A DNA stretch of 64,000 bases from Ascidiella aspersa. Its lineage: Eukaryota. Made by a program: the position numbers and the translations under genes. Positions 14,301-26,976 of the stretch are shown in pieces. The DNA lies in contig OZ004610.1 in NCBI GenBank assembly GCA_963924565.1, positions 31,620,001-31,684,000 of the forward strand, given 5' to 3'. Under the pieces are notes generated by a model, which was given only the letters and a program-made list of their open reading frames with translations, was not told where the DNA came from and ran no database searches. Numbering within the stretch: position 1 is the first letter of the stretch; each line of letters begins with the position of its first letter.

Positions 14301-16329
14301 AAAGACTTGCGCTCAGCGCTGCTCTTTGTCCCTGGTTTCGAATATCTCACCACTTACGCGTCGCTCAAAGCGCTATAGTGAAGTGCCGCCAGTGATTACA
14401 GCGCCCAGAAACCAGCCACCTGGCAGGTTTTCAGTGACCAGTAGAGATCAGCGCAAGGTCACCACCACCGGATGCTAAAAAAATTGACGTCACGGCGCGT
14501 CACCGCCGCCTTTTAAGTGTAACGATAACCAGTGGACAGTCACCGCTAGATCGACTATCGCTTTGAAGGAAAGCTGGCGAAACTTGACGACGCATGTGGA
14601 CTTTGTGACGCATTCGAGATAATTCGCGTTTGTATTTGTATGATATATGACCTTCATACCCGAGGCTTAGAAAGCCGAAATTTTCCAGATGCCCAACATA
14701 TAGGAAGCAAATGTACAAAACTTTAGATAAATATCCAATTTTAGAATGAAAAATGCCCAATGAAAAGCACTTCATTTTAACCAAAGTCATTGTCCAAAAA
14801 ACAAGTCCAGTCATGTGTCCAAAAGAATTAAGTCAAGTCATTTGTCCGAAAGAATTGAGTCAAGTCATCTGAAAACAGTGACTTAGCACTTAAGTCAATG
14901 TATTTATATATGACCGTCACTCGAGGCTTGGGACAGCCGAAATTTTCCAGCTACATCGCTTTTATAGCTTTTTTTCTCTCGGTTAAGGTAGGAGATCCAA
15001 GTCGTGCACAGCGCGTATGTCGTCGCGTGTTTCGTTTACGCAAATTCAATTAAGCCTCCCATCCGTATGGCGCGCACAGTCCGAACGTTATTTCCCTGAT
15101 TGGCTGATTGCGTTACCGAATTGCGAGAAAAGCGAATTATCCCCGTGCTACGCGCATGCGAGTGAGTGTATGCGGCAAGATTACATACTTATTCCGGAAA
15201 AGCGCCGGCCTACATTTAATCTGCCATTCGTTTTTTTATACTTCTTGGCAACTTTGTGTGAATTCTTTAAACGGTAAAGCGTTCGTTGTAACTAGGTGGG
15301 TCGTACGCTATTCTCTCTTTAATGTTTTATCCCAAACGTAAATACTTTAGAAACAATGACAAACTGAATGTGTAAAATATGAAAATATCTCCTTGCCCTT
15401 GAACGTAAATGACGACAATGACTTCAAAGCAAATATATTGATATCCTAGTCACTAGTAAGTTCTAGTCATCCAAAAAAAAAATATATATATTTCTCTTTT
15501 GAATAACTAGAACTTATTAATGGCTGACTTTGACCAGGACAGGAAAGTCTAAAGAATATTTACTAAAAAACCACCGTGTTTTTTTTTGTGTGAATAAACT
15601 GGACAAAAAAGGGTCCGCCTGCATTTGAACCGGTCATACGAGCGTACCAGTGGCACAACGGTCCAGTGCCCTTCCGTCGCTCTTTTGTCGTCGTTGGTAA
15701 GTCAGGCGAGTTCAAGCGATGTCGGCCAGCGGATGTATTCCCAACACAGCTCGTCCAGAGGCCGGCTTACACGGGCACTCAAATGGCACACAGCGGGCGG
15801 TTTTAACACAGAAAGGCGAAAATCAGGGTTAAATAAATATCGAGGTAGCAGGAGTATCTAAGCCCATACAGAAGTAGGTATTATTTTTGTTTCGAATAAA
15901 TCTTCATTCATTTTAAACATCTGCAAAATAAATTCTTAAATTTTAAAGAATTTTAGACTGTTTTGTAAAGTAAGGTATAAAGCTTACATCTGATGTTGAA
16001 AATGGACAAAGAGTTATTCGAAACATTTAAAATGCTACCTATACTATATGGGCTTAGATATTCCTACTACATCTTACTCCAAACTTCAACCATTATGCTC
16101 CAAAATATTGGTGTTTTTTAATTGTAAAAACTGCCGGGTTATTTATTATTAGGTTCAAATTCTCGGGTAAAAATAAATCCTGGCGCACTTCAGTAACGCT
16201 CGATGTGAACTGGCCTTCACAATAAAAAAATGTGTAGTTATAAGTTGTTTTAAAATGTAAAACCCGCCAGGTGATGGAAATTTAATGTTTGGCTAAAACT
16301 TTCGGTTCAAACAGTATCTGGCCTCTTGT

Positions 16330-16510
16330 TGTAGTGCTGATTTGTCCCAATTTTTTGCAGTGCTGATTAGTCCCAAATTTTTGTAGTGCTGATTAGTCCC
16401 AAATTTTTGTAGTGCTGATTTGTCCCAAATTTTTGCAGTGCTGATTTGTCCCAATTTTTTGCAGTGCTGATTAGTCCCAAATTTTTGTAGTGCTGATTAG
16501 TGTCAAATTT
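16330..16510. repeat. 26-bp minisatellite, ~7 copies
   Basis: (t/c)agtgctgatt(a/t)gtcccaa(a/t)tttttg in tandem. Confidence 0.9.
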
Positions 16511-19500
16511 TAAACCTGCCATGTTATGAAAACTTTAATATTAAACTCAAATTCTCGGTTTAAACGTTGAAACAATAGCCTGTCGCTGGTGTAGTGGTGC
16601 ATTGTGATTTGGGAACTGGCTTAGCCGACGACAAGTGTTACTGTTGGTGCTACGACTGGCACAGAGAGCACCTCCCTCTCATGCGGTCTCGTGTTTACGG
16701 TGGCCTTCCGTTCCCGGCGCCCGCGGGTTCACCGGGGTGCGTTCTTGGCCACTACGCACTAGTAAAGCGGCAGCGACGGCGGCATTTGGCCGTTCACTGA
16801 AAACAAACACACAAAGGGTCCCGGGCGCGACCGGCGCACTCGAAAAGTGTGTCATTCGCGTACTAGACCATCGGTTTCCCCAACTAGACAGAGCGGTCGT
16901 CGCCGCCAAAGATAAACCCCGCTAATGCGTGTACCCAAATCATGCGGCGGCGGCGGCGGCTTCGTTGTTTAAGCGACCTTACGTCATACATTAGTGACCT
17001 GGATTCGTATAGGTGTGCCGCGATTCCGATCATTACGCCGGCTTTTCTTAAACGCCGCCATAAAGGGATAAACGCTTGCGTGTCTGTAAAGCGTAACCTT
17101 GCACCGACCCGAGAACCGAACCACAGACCGCTGATAGCAAGTAAAAAAAAATATTTTCGAAATCTTGTGGATAGCTGAAGCACACTCAAGAACTGTGTGA
17201 AAATTTCAGCTGAATAATAATAATCAATGCCGATCTAGATTCGAGCAATGTGGAAATTATAGCATGAAATCTGGACAATTCCCCGAATTGGCTGCCGTGC
17301 CTTGCAGCCGCGTACCTTGAAGTTAAATGTAACCTAGCTTGTAAATAAGTAGCCGAGCGATTCTGCGCGCTCGTGGGTGGGTCAGTAAACTTTTGAACCT
17401 TGGACTTGCGCTGGTGATTCACAAGCTAGTGAAAACAACCGAAGGTCCAGTTTCTTTGAAGTAAATATATTTCTCCGCAAAAATAGACATCATCAGTGTC
17501 AAGAAAAAACTTTTTTTTGGCAAAATATATTTTTATTTTAAATGACTAGAACTTATTAATGACTGACTTTGATCAAGACCGGAAAGTCTAAAGAATATGT
17601 GCTATAAAACCACCATGTTTTTTTGTATTCTATGCACAGCCGAAGACTAAAAATAAACTGCCCAGCCAAATGTCCAGTTTTCTTATAAACAAACCTAGCC
17701 GCACCGCTACTGACAAAATTGGGCCGAACTAATGCTGTCCGCCAAATGCAGCCTTGAAATGGACACGCGTTTTTAATGGGAGTTCAACACGCCCGCGTTT
17801 TAATATTTCCCATCATCTGCCAACGGTCGTTTGCCGCTTGGGAAAGCGAGCCATCTGGAAATAATGGCGCCGAAGTGCCATGTTCGCCTTGTTCGGTCAA
17901 CGTTCGGTCAACAACAACATATTTCGCCGATTTATGATTCATAGCGCCGGAAATTTCGCAATGACGTATCTATTCCACTTGACGTGGTTTCGAGGCGGCG
18001 CTTTGAATGCCGGGCCGGGGGAAAACATGGCGTTTTACGAGAAAGCTCTTTGTGCTTAGCTGCTCTGTTGTCCAACTCCAAAGGGCGAAGGCAGTTGGTC
18101 AGTTTTGAGCGAATCGCGGACGAACGTGTAATTTTTCTCATGACCACATTCGTGCCGCGGCGTTTTTGTGTGTTGGAAAGGAAAGGGCTCAATTGATCGA
18201 GCGTTGTTTACCTTGAATTGCCGAATGCTGTAGTTATCAGTGTAAACAAGTCGTTTTAAAAAGACGAAAGTCACAGTAAAGTCATTTGTAAAAAAATTAG
18301 GTCCCAGTCAAGTCAAAACAATAAGTCAAATTGTAAGTCAAGCTCTTGTCATAAAAATTGAGCGTTAAACTATTAAAATTGTTAAACTAGTCCGATTATG
18401 AGCAGTGGGTTCTTAAATTTTATGATGAGAAATGCCTAATTAAAGCACTTCATTTTAACCCAAGTCTTTGTCCAAAAGATATAAGTCAACTCAATTCATT
18501 TTTGTCCCAAAGGCTTAAATCGAGTCAAGTCATTGAGTTCGGTACAACATTGGTAGTTATGCATGGATATAAGACTGATTAGACGCTTTAACGTAATTAT
18601 CAGCAACTCTTCAGGTGCATTGGACACAGCAAGACCAGATGCCTTCGCAAGCCTAACGGCACGAAGTGAAATGTCTCCTCTGTGCAAATAGCAAGTGGGA
18701 GGAACAGTAGCAAACTCGGCCGGCATCTGAATTATTAATTGTCGCAATTTCTTACTTTGTCCGAGCGTCTCAAAGTCCTGGGCCTAGGTCCGAGTTAACG
18801 TAGTTTAGTCTGGAGAACAAGAACGCCACCGTCTTATTTCGACTAGCGTTATATTCTCGCCGCAAACGCAACGGCCTTCGTTTTTTTGCCCGTCTTCCCA
18901 TTAGACCTGTCCAGCGTTGGGCGCGCTTTCGATTCGGTTAGCATCGATTATGTGACAAGACCGCGGCCGCCAGTTTGAATGTCATGTCCTTTTCTGCCTA
19001 TCCGGTCGCATCTGATGGCACGCCGCCCCTTTGGCACGCGCGCATTTTAATTCCTCTGACTATAGGCTTTTTGCGTTGAAAGCGAGTTTTATTTGAGAGG
19101 TCCGCTTCGAAATCGGCCGCGGTTCGCGACCTTTCGAAGGAGAATGAAATGTAAAGTGCATTGCTAGAATCGTTAATGTTTAACCGACCCTACGGTTTCG
19201 TGGCACCGAGATATCTAAACCTTGACCGAAACGCTCATTCGAAAACCGCGTTTGTTTAACACAGTTGCAAAGCATTTCGAGGGTTTCCATTTCACATCAC
19301 CAAGTTACGACTTAAAGCTTAAACCCGAACGGTAATTAGATTTTAGTTAAAACGAAAAAAAAATAAGTTCTTTAGATTAATTTGTTTGGAAAAGACTTTT
19401 CCTATTGCCTTTGCGGCAAATTTTTCTCGCAAGGAATTTATTTATTTGATTCACACCAGTTTTTATCAAAAATGTCAACACTACGGTTACACACGCCATT

Positions 19501-20030
19501 TTCTCAATACTTTGTTGCGTGCCTGTGGGTACTAGTCACACCTTTATACCTGTCAAATCGTCAGCTGTCATGTTTAGCCAAGTCCCCCTTTGCCATTGTT
19601 AATGGAAAATAGCGTGGGTAAACCCACCGACTCGGTACACACGGGCGATGTTTAATCATTAATATTGAACTACCTGCACTTTGATTTTGGGATTTTGTTG
19701 CTCTGTGCGAGATCGAAACCAAATGGCCACTTTATTGCGTTATCCTCCGCTTTATCGCCATCCAGCGATAGGGAATCTAGCGCGTGGATTCCGCTAGATG
19801 TCGCCATACACTCGTATAAGGCCAAATATACATCTTATGCTCTTCCGTGAGTTTGAACGTGTCACCCAAAATTTTCCCTTTTATTGACCGCTTTTTTTAG
19901 TAGTTCCTTTTTCATTTCTCACACTTAATACATTACCAATAAGAAAAAAGTGTTTATTCGATTAAATATCTTTTAAACATAGAAATATATATTTTACTTG
20001 AAACATTTCATGTTAGGTTAAAACTGTCAC

Positions 20031-20072
20031 ATTAACTGAAGATGATACAAGTTCGTATCGAAACGTCTTAAT
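20031..20072 (+). ncRNA. Minimal type I hammerhead ribozyme motif, family A (intact core)
   Basis: ATTAA-CTGAAGA-T-GATAC(aagttc)GTATC-GAAA-CG-TC|TTAAT: stem I, stem II, palindromic ACGT stem III, GUC cleavage triplet. Confidence 0.85.
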
Positions 20073-23000
20073 CAACATAATGTCGATCTACTCGACCTTT
20101 TTGGCTTTGCAATTCATTATCAAGCTACATTACAGTTCCGTGCATAGTGTACCCAATTCCATGTTAGCCTGACAAAATATGTTTTGTACTAATTGATCTG
20201 TTAAGTTCGCCTTGTATAGTGTCTACAGGCCACAGGTTTAATGCGTTTAAAAAAAAGCCGTTATCGCGGTTGGGACAGAACTTTGTAATTGACTTGTTGT
20301 TTTTGTTGCCTGGATTCTGCAAATCCAAATGGACGTGGCTTGTGTTACACGACCGCCGTTCTCTGTAACTGACCGACCAATTTCGCCTAATACGCGCGTC
20401 TTAACGTTTCCTGTACCTATAGTGCAGCGGCATGCCATTTTGTTGTTATAGCCCATATTGTTGTCTAGCTTTTGATTTGTGCAGGCGAATGGTGATGAAA
20501 CTTGACTCTAGCAAGTTAAATGTATCTGTCTAAAAAACAAATATATACTTTGGTACATAATGGTTGGAGGTTGTAGTAAGTTGTAATAAGAATATCAAAG
20601 CTCATACAGAAGTAGATATCATTTTGATCGTTTTGAATAACTCTTTATTCATTTTCAATATAGTTCATTTTAATCGAAAAATGATACCCACTTCTGTATG
20701 GGATTAATATTTTTAATAATTCAGCCGGATTTGAAAGTTGTGGACAGCAAATTAATTGTCAGGCATCCTTATGTAGTGCGGGCGACCCTCCAGTTTTTAC
20801 TTAAACTTAACTATTAGTTAAAAAAAAACTACGATCGAAACATTTACCACCGTAGTCTGTTTGTTGTCAGTTTTAAAGGCAGGAATTGTTTTTTCGTGGG
20901 CAATACTCAGCGAAGCCCATCTGTTTCCTTAAAGGCTAATGTTGGGTGCTGTGCCCATCTGCAAGTTTCCCGCTTATTGCGCTATTAACTATGACTCAAA
21001 ATGACCAGATGCTTTCGGCGAACGGCGATGCTTAATAGCTAGCCTGTTGCATCTAAGTATTGCTTTCGCCATTGTAACGTTTGCCACCTACATTAGCGAC
21101 ACTTTTGTTGCGTTTTTGCGTTTTTGCGAATAAAAATCTTCGAACTATCAATTATTTATTGCAAAACACAGTCATAGACCCTGTTGCACCGATAAAGTTA
21201 GAAGTTTTCCACATTTTAGCGTTTGTCAGCTGCTGCTTACTGATACAATTTTGTTGCGTTTTTGTGCTGTTTGGTTTTCGGAAACGCCTAATAGTATGAA
21301 AATCTTGGAAATATCATCTATTAATTATTCTTATTACAAAACACCGGTTTTTACACGCTTTTTTCTCCAAAAAAAATTAAGGTTACCTGGATCTATCGAA
21401 CTGGATTCCTTCGAATCCTGGGGTTTTATAAAATCGGTTCCATAAGCTTATTTCTTGTTGTTAGAAAACAACTTGTAAATATGGATGTAGATCGTCAGGC
21501 AACCCTAATAAGTTTAATTTCGTTTGCTCCACTGGTCTGGGTTTTTGCGTAATGCGTTTTGCAACTTAAACAAGCTCGTAGTGTTCCTATACTGAAAACA
21601 AGTTCTTCTGGTTATTTGTTTTTCCGACGTTTTGGTTAACTATCCAGGAAGCCATCATCAGGGAATGTAACAAAACTAACAACACCACGCAAAGTAAAAC
21701 GACACAAAAAAGGGTGATAAAAATGCGCTCATCTCTTGTGGTGTTCGGCGAGCGAAAACGTTTGGGACGTATAGGGTTACTAAATTGATGTGTCAACTGT
21801 TAAGCACTACGGATTGATGGTTTGTCTTAACAACCCTATTTTGTCACGTTCGCAAATCGCCCAACGCAATATCGCAATCGCAAAAAAAAGAAGAAAACTC
21901 ACGCTGGCCATCAATCGTAGCGCAGTCCACATTTGTCACCGCTCATCAATCAGCAGCTTGCCGCTCATGCAGCTTGTCAGGCCGCGATCGCCCAGTCATA
22001 CACGCCGCACGCGTCGTAATGCCGGCTCACGCGTTCAAATGACTCACGACCACCCCTACGATATTGCTGCGATACGCACCGAACCGCTATGCCGCTTTAC
22101 GTGTGTCGCGTTGACGCTTGCACGCACGATTTCGACGCCTGTTGTTTGCCAACGAATGCGGGTCAAACGGGTTTGGCCTCGGAACCATGCACGCGGTTTT
22201 CGTGGTCGACAACCCCCGTGTCCTGTAGCGAAACATCTCCTGCATGAAAGCCATGGTGTAATGTATCTCCTCCTTGTGCTGAATAAGTGGTTCCCAACCT
22301 GGGGATCGCGAGGTGTCAAGAGGGTCGCTATACTATTTATTGAACGAAAAAATAACAAGAAACAAAACAATTCAAACAAATTAGCAGTGTAATGAGTAAA
22401 TGAAAGCGCCAGTTTAACAATTATTTTAACGGCATTTGCTTTGGTGAACCAGTCGTGTTTTTGAGTCACCTTTAAACCTTTTTTCAATCGATGGAAGAAT
22501 TTTGAAAACTGGCAAGGGGTTCGCGACAACAAAATGGTTGGAAACCACTCTGCTAAATCTTCTTTTTACAGCATTCAGTAATCAATTAATGTCCCCTTCA
22601 TTTCTTTGCCTTAATATCGTCGACGGTCTGCAGAGTTTGTCGTTTTCCGAGCATTCCTTTTCTTTTCTGCTGCTTCTCGATAACTTTAGCGTTTGCGGCG
22701 TAACTGATCTCCCCCCTCCTCTAAAATCCCGCGTCCGCAGTTTGCGGATGACCGCCGAAAAAACGCGCGCGTTTTGAGTTCGACCGTTGACCGCCCGTTC
22801 ACTGCCTGCCATCAATCAACCATCGGTGCAAAACCGCCGATGGTCGGTGATATAACGGCAGCGGTTTAACGCAAATTTCGCCCAAACGCAACGCTGACGT
22901 TTTTTATGTTTGACTGCATTTTTTATTATTAAAGCTGTGTTACATTCGTGCATCGTGCATAGCGTTGTTAATGCTGAAAAAAAAATCAAACTTATAACAA

Positions 23001-23106
23001 AAATAACGTTCAAAGTAAAGGAAAATGTTTTTCGTGATTATTTTGTCATAACTTAAAAACTCGTCATTTTATAAATGTCAAATGCATTTCGTCTGCAAAG
23101 AATTAC

Positions 23107-23265
23107 CAATCTCTTAATTCTAGTGAATTTGTAACGATCAGCTGACATGATTTCATGGAGCGCGACGTCGAGAGTTCAACGCTTAATTTGCCGCCCCACA
23201 AGTCGTACTTGTCAAGGGCAGCGATCGCGCGATGAGCGTCTGATTCGTTCGACATGTGAACGAAG
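23107..23265 (-). pseudogene. Isolated RRM-encoding exon, RBM4/lark-like (end of RRM1, linker, start of RRM2)
   Basis: FVHMSNESDAHRAIAALDKYDLWGGKLSVELSTSRSMKSCQLIVTN resembles RBM4 [46 protein letters not shown]; ttcttaatAG acceptor and a possible TG|GTAATT donor; no partner exons recognised. Confidence 0.65.
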
Positions 23266-26200
23266 CTATTAAGAACAGTTACCGAAGCCATTAAAAACAT
23301 TAAGAACAGTTACCTTAATTTATCTAAGGTACACCCCTGCAAATTCTAACATAGGCCAAAAGGACTAGTGTCGCCCAGGGTTAAGAAAATTTCTGACTGG
23401 TGTTCGATTTAGACGCCCTATAACTTGGCTGATTTATTTCACCTTTTAGGGTCAATGTTTAGTCGGTCAGTTGTAAACGTTCATATCGCAGCGCAGCCCA
23501 CTTGCTCGCCCAGCACGACTTGTCCGCATATTGCGACCGGCAAGGAGCTCGGTCATGGTCACGCTGCTTAACCTACTTTTGGCCGTCGCTGGCTTTGTAC
23601 CGCAAAATCGAGCGTGTAAAAGTCAGTTTTTGCGCCGGTCATACGCCAGATGCAGCTTATTTCTGCGTAGGAATGTAGCAAGACGTCGAAAGTGGTAGCC
23701 AGAGCATTTGACACTTGATCGCTGTGTAGTTGTTTACAGTGTTGTACTAACTTAAGTCAATGACTTGATTTAAGTCGATATTTTTGAATGACTTGACTTT
23801 TAGTCGTTTGGACAAATGACTTGATTTGGACTTCAAATAAATTCGGTTGGAATTAAGTGTTATATTTTATTATAAAATTTATTTATTTATTTCATTTTTT
23901 GCACGGAACGATTGGATTTGCTACTATGGATTGCTAAATACCTTAAGCTGAGACTTAATCGTTAAAAGACTCATTTACAACACTGGTGGTTTAAGTTAGT
24001 CGACCGCGGCACTGTCAGCGCCCGATCCTTAACCATGCGTTTGTTCGATAATGTGGGTGTCAGTTTGCTGCGGGTCCATTGTTAGACAGGATGTCCGGTA
24101 TACTTTAAGCATCGTTTTAAAACAATTATCGCGCTTTGAGGATAGATTTGTCTTCGTGGATTGTCGACCCGGCGCATATTGTTCGTCGCCGTTATTCATA
24201 AACGTGCGCGTGGTAACCATTGGGCCAGGTCGTCTTCTGCGAAAAGCTCCGTCTTCAGCTAATCGACGAAAATTACAACGAAACAAACAGCAGGATACGC
24301 GAACGGTTGCTGGTAGACATTGTGCCGTCCTAAACGCGTCCTGTTTGTGTGTTAAGCGTATCTACATTCAAAATACAGTAGATGTCCATGGACGGCGACT
24401 TGAAGATCTTAGTGGGTCGTGCGATTTTTCGAGGCGCACCTTTAGGCCAAGAATTTCAGCTTTTAAGGCATATTTTGCGTAATCCTAGATGTGTTTGTCG
24501 GGTTTTTAACTTTTAAAGGGCAAAGTCTCTTTCGTCATGTAAAAGAGTGGAGAAGCGTATTTTAAATCCTTGGCAGCGACTTGATAAATTGCGCCGAAAT
24601 TGAGCTATTTCGAATATCCTTGGACCCGTGGAAACTCCGCTTTACATCAGACATTTCCACTCAGTCAGTCAGTCAGCCAATTCCAAGATATACTGAGTTT
24701 TTAGACGAAAAAAAAGGCTTAAATAAGGATGCCATAACTGTTGTTCGTTTGTCCTCCTTACCTATAGCAATAGTTTTTAACCGGGGTGCCGCGGCACTTT
24801 ACGGTACCGTTTTTAATGCTCAAGACAGATATATTTTAAATTCTTTTGAGATTCCGATTTTTGCTCTATCGGTAAGCTTCTTGATACTATTTTTTTGTAC
24901 GATAAATGTGCCAATAGTTAAAAAAAGGTTTTATCAACCTTGTTGCACAGCTAATGTGCTGTTTCAATCTCGTTTATTGTAAGTTACAGCAAACCACTAA
25001 GCAAAAATGCGACCAACGTTGCCTCGAACTTTTTATAATTTCTGAAAGGTTCCTCAAGCCAAAAAAGGTTGCGAAAACCTGACCAATATTTTCAGTTGTT
25101 TTTTCAAAAAAGCAAGGTCAAATTATACAGCGCGCTTAGGGGAGTTTTGAAGATACCTTTTCGTAACCGCCGTAAATGCACCAGCTTCCCGGCCCTGTGT
25201 GGTCTTAATAATGCGCAGCAGGTCCGCCGCAAGCTTACCAGCTATTGATCAGCCGGTTCGCTGAGAACATCGGGTGACTAAGACCCTTCCTATATCATCT
25301 CGTGCATTTTCGCGTACGACGAGCACCAGCGAAGCGCCCTTATTCCTTTTCCGGTCGCCTGGGCGATGCATCATCTTTCACGTTGGTGTGGTGAGGGTTC
25401 GGCCTGTTAGCTGATCGGTCGCGGCTGCTTCGGCAAGCGCAGAATAAACGACAAACGAGGCTAGATAGTTTTGCGTTCAAAAAAATGATAACCGATGCTA
25501 GATAGTTGTTCCTTGAAGAAAAAAAATGATTATAGATATTTGTGTCTTAAATCGAACAACGCAAACCGGCAAGAGGTTATTTTTTCTCAATAAACATCAA
25601 CGTTTTTTCTCGGAGCATTGTGTTATATTGGCACTTCTTAACCGGTGAAGGTGGGCCGCCGTCAATTGGGGAAAATCTTAGCTATTAAGTATACGTTTTT
25701 TTTTTTTATTTTTTACGTTTTTTTCGGCTTAGCTAATTTATCCCACAGTTAATTAAGGATAAAGCAAATGGGTTGCCTATAAAATACAAACTTGCAATTA
25801 TTTCATAGAAAATACCAGTTTGAAACAATAAATCAGGGCTCGATTTGCTCGCCAGGTGCGCAGCCAGGTTTAAGAGGTCTACAGGTGCGCCGCGAGGTAA
25901 AAAAATTAGGAAACACTGCTCTCTCTCTCTATATATATACTTGCCAATTTAGAATTGATTGCGTAAAAGAATTCCTCACGAGTCGTTTGTTTTTCCTGGA
26001 CGGAAATATGAGTTGACTTTTGTGAAGCAATGTTGTCAGCTCTGCGAATGGCCAACTATTATCTTTTTATGGTGAAGATTTTTTTTTTTTTTGAAACGGT
26101 GCTCAGCAGAGGTTTTTATTTTATTTTGTTTTATTTTATTTATTTATTTTTTTTTTCAATATTTTTCGTAATAAGGCTTATTGAATATCGTTGTCAGAAA

Positions 26201-26419
26201 AATAAAACCGATAGCGGAAATACCGATCGACGAGTAAAGGCAATACTTGGAACAAGCTGTAGTAAATGTTTATATTTTAGTTACACAAAAAATTTAGTAA
26301 TAAAAAAACGCACCGTTATTGTTAATGTTCTCTGCTTCCGATAAAATGTAGTTGGTCTCAACCTGTTTGGCCGACTACAACCTCGTGGATTTTCCCCCGC
26401 GCTGTAAACTGCATTGCCC

Positions 26420-26976
26420 AAATTTACATTGCCTAAATAAATTTAAAAACTTATATTGCCTAAATAAGTTTAAAAACTTATATTGCCTAAATAAGTTTAA
26501 AAACTTATATTGCCTAAATAAATTTAAAAACTTATATTGCCTAAATAAGTTTAAAAACTTATATTGCCTAAATAAGTTTAAAAACTTATATTGCCTAAAT
26601 TTAAAACTTAAATTGCCTAAATTTAAAAACTTATATTGCCTAAATAAGTTTAAAAACTTATATTGCCTAAATTTAAAAACTTATATTGCCTAAATAAGTT
26701 TAAAAACTTATATTGCCTAAATAAGTTTAAAAACTTATATTGCCTAAATTTAAAACTTAAATTGCCTAAATTTAAAAACTTATATTGCCTAAATAAGTTT
26801 AAAAACTTATATTGCCTAAATTTAGAAACTTATATTGCCTAAATTTAAAAACTTATATTGCCTAAATTTAAAAACTTATATTGCCTAAATAAGTTTAAAA
26901 ACTTATATTGCCTAAATTTAAAACTTAAATTGCCTAAATTTAAAACTTAAATTACCTAAATTTAAAACTTAAATTT
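26420..26976. repeat. AT-rich minisatellite of mixed 27-bp and 20/21-bp units
   Basis: aaaaacttatattgcctaaataagttt tandem with deletion variants. Confidence 0.95.

Noticed and set aside
16330-16510. CRISPR-like regular repeats
   Set aside because: Units are contiguous with no unique spacers, there are no cas genes, and the context is eukaryotic: a minisatellite.
21790-22532. 200-aa and 158-aa overlapping ORFs
   Set aside because: No recognisable domain; they run into a hAT-like MITE; likely chance ORFs in a GC-rich block.
26352-26693. ORF with (KFKNLYCLN)n
   Set aside because: Translation of a 27-bp minisatellite; no splice or coding signal.
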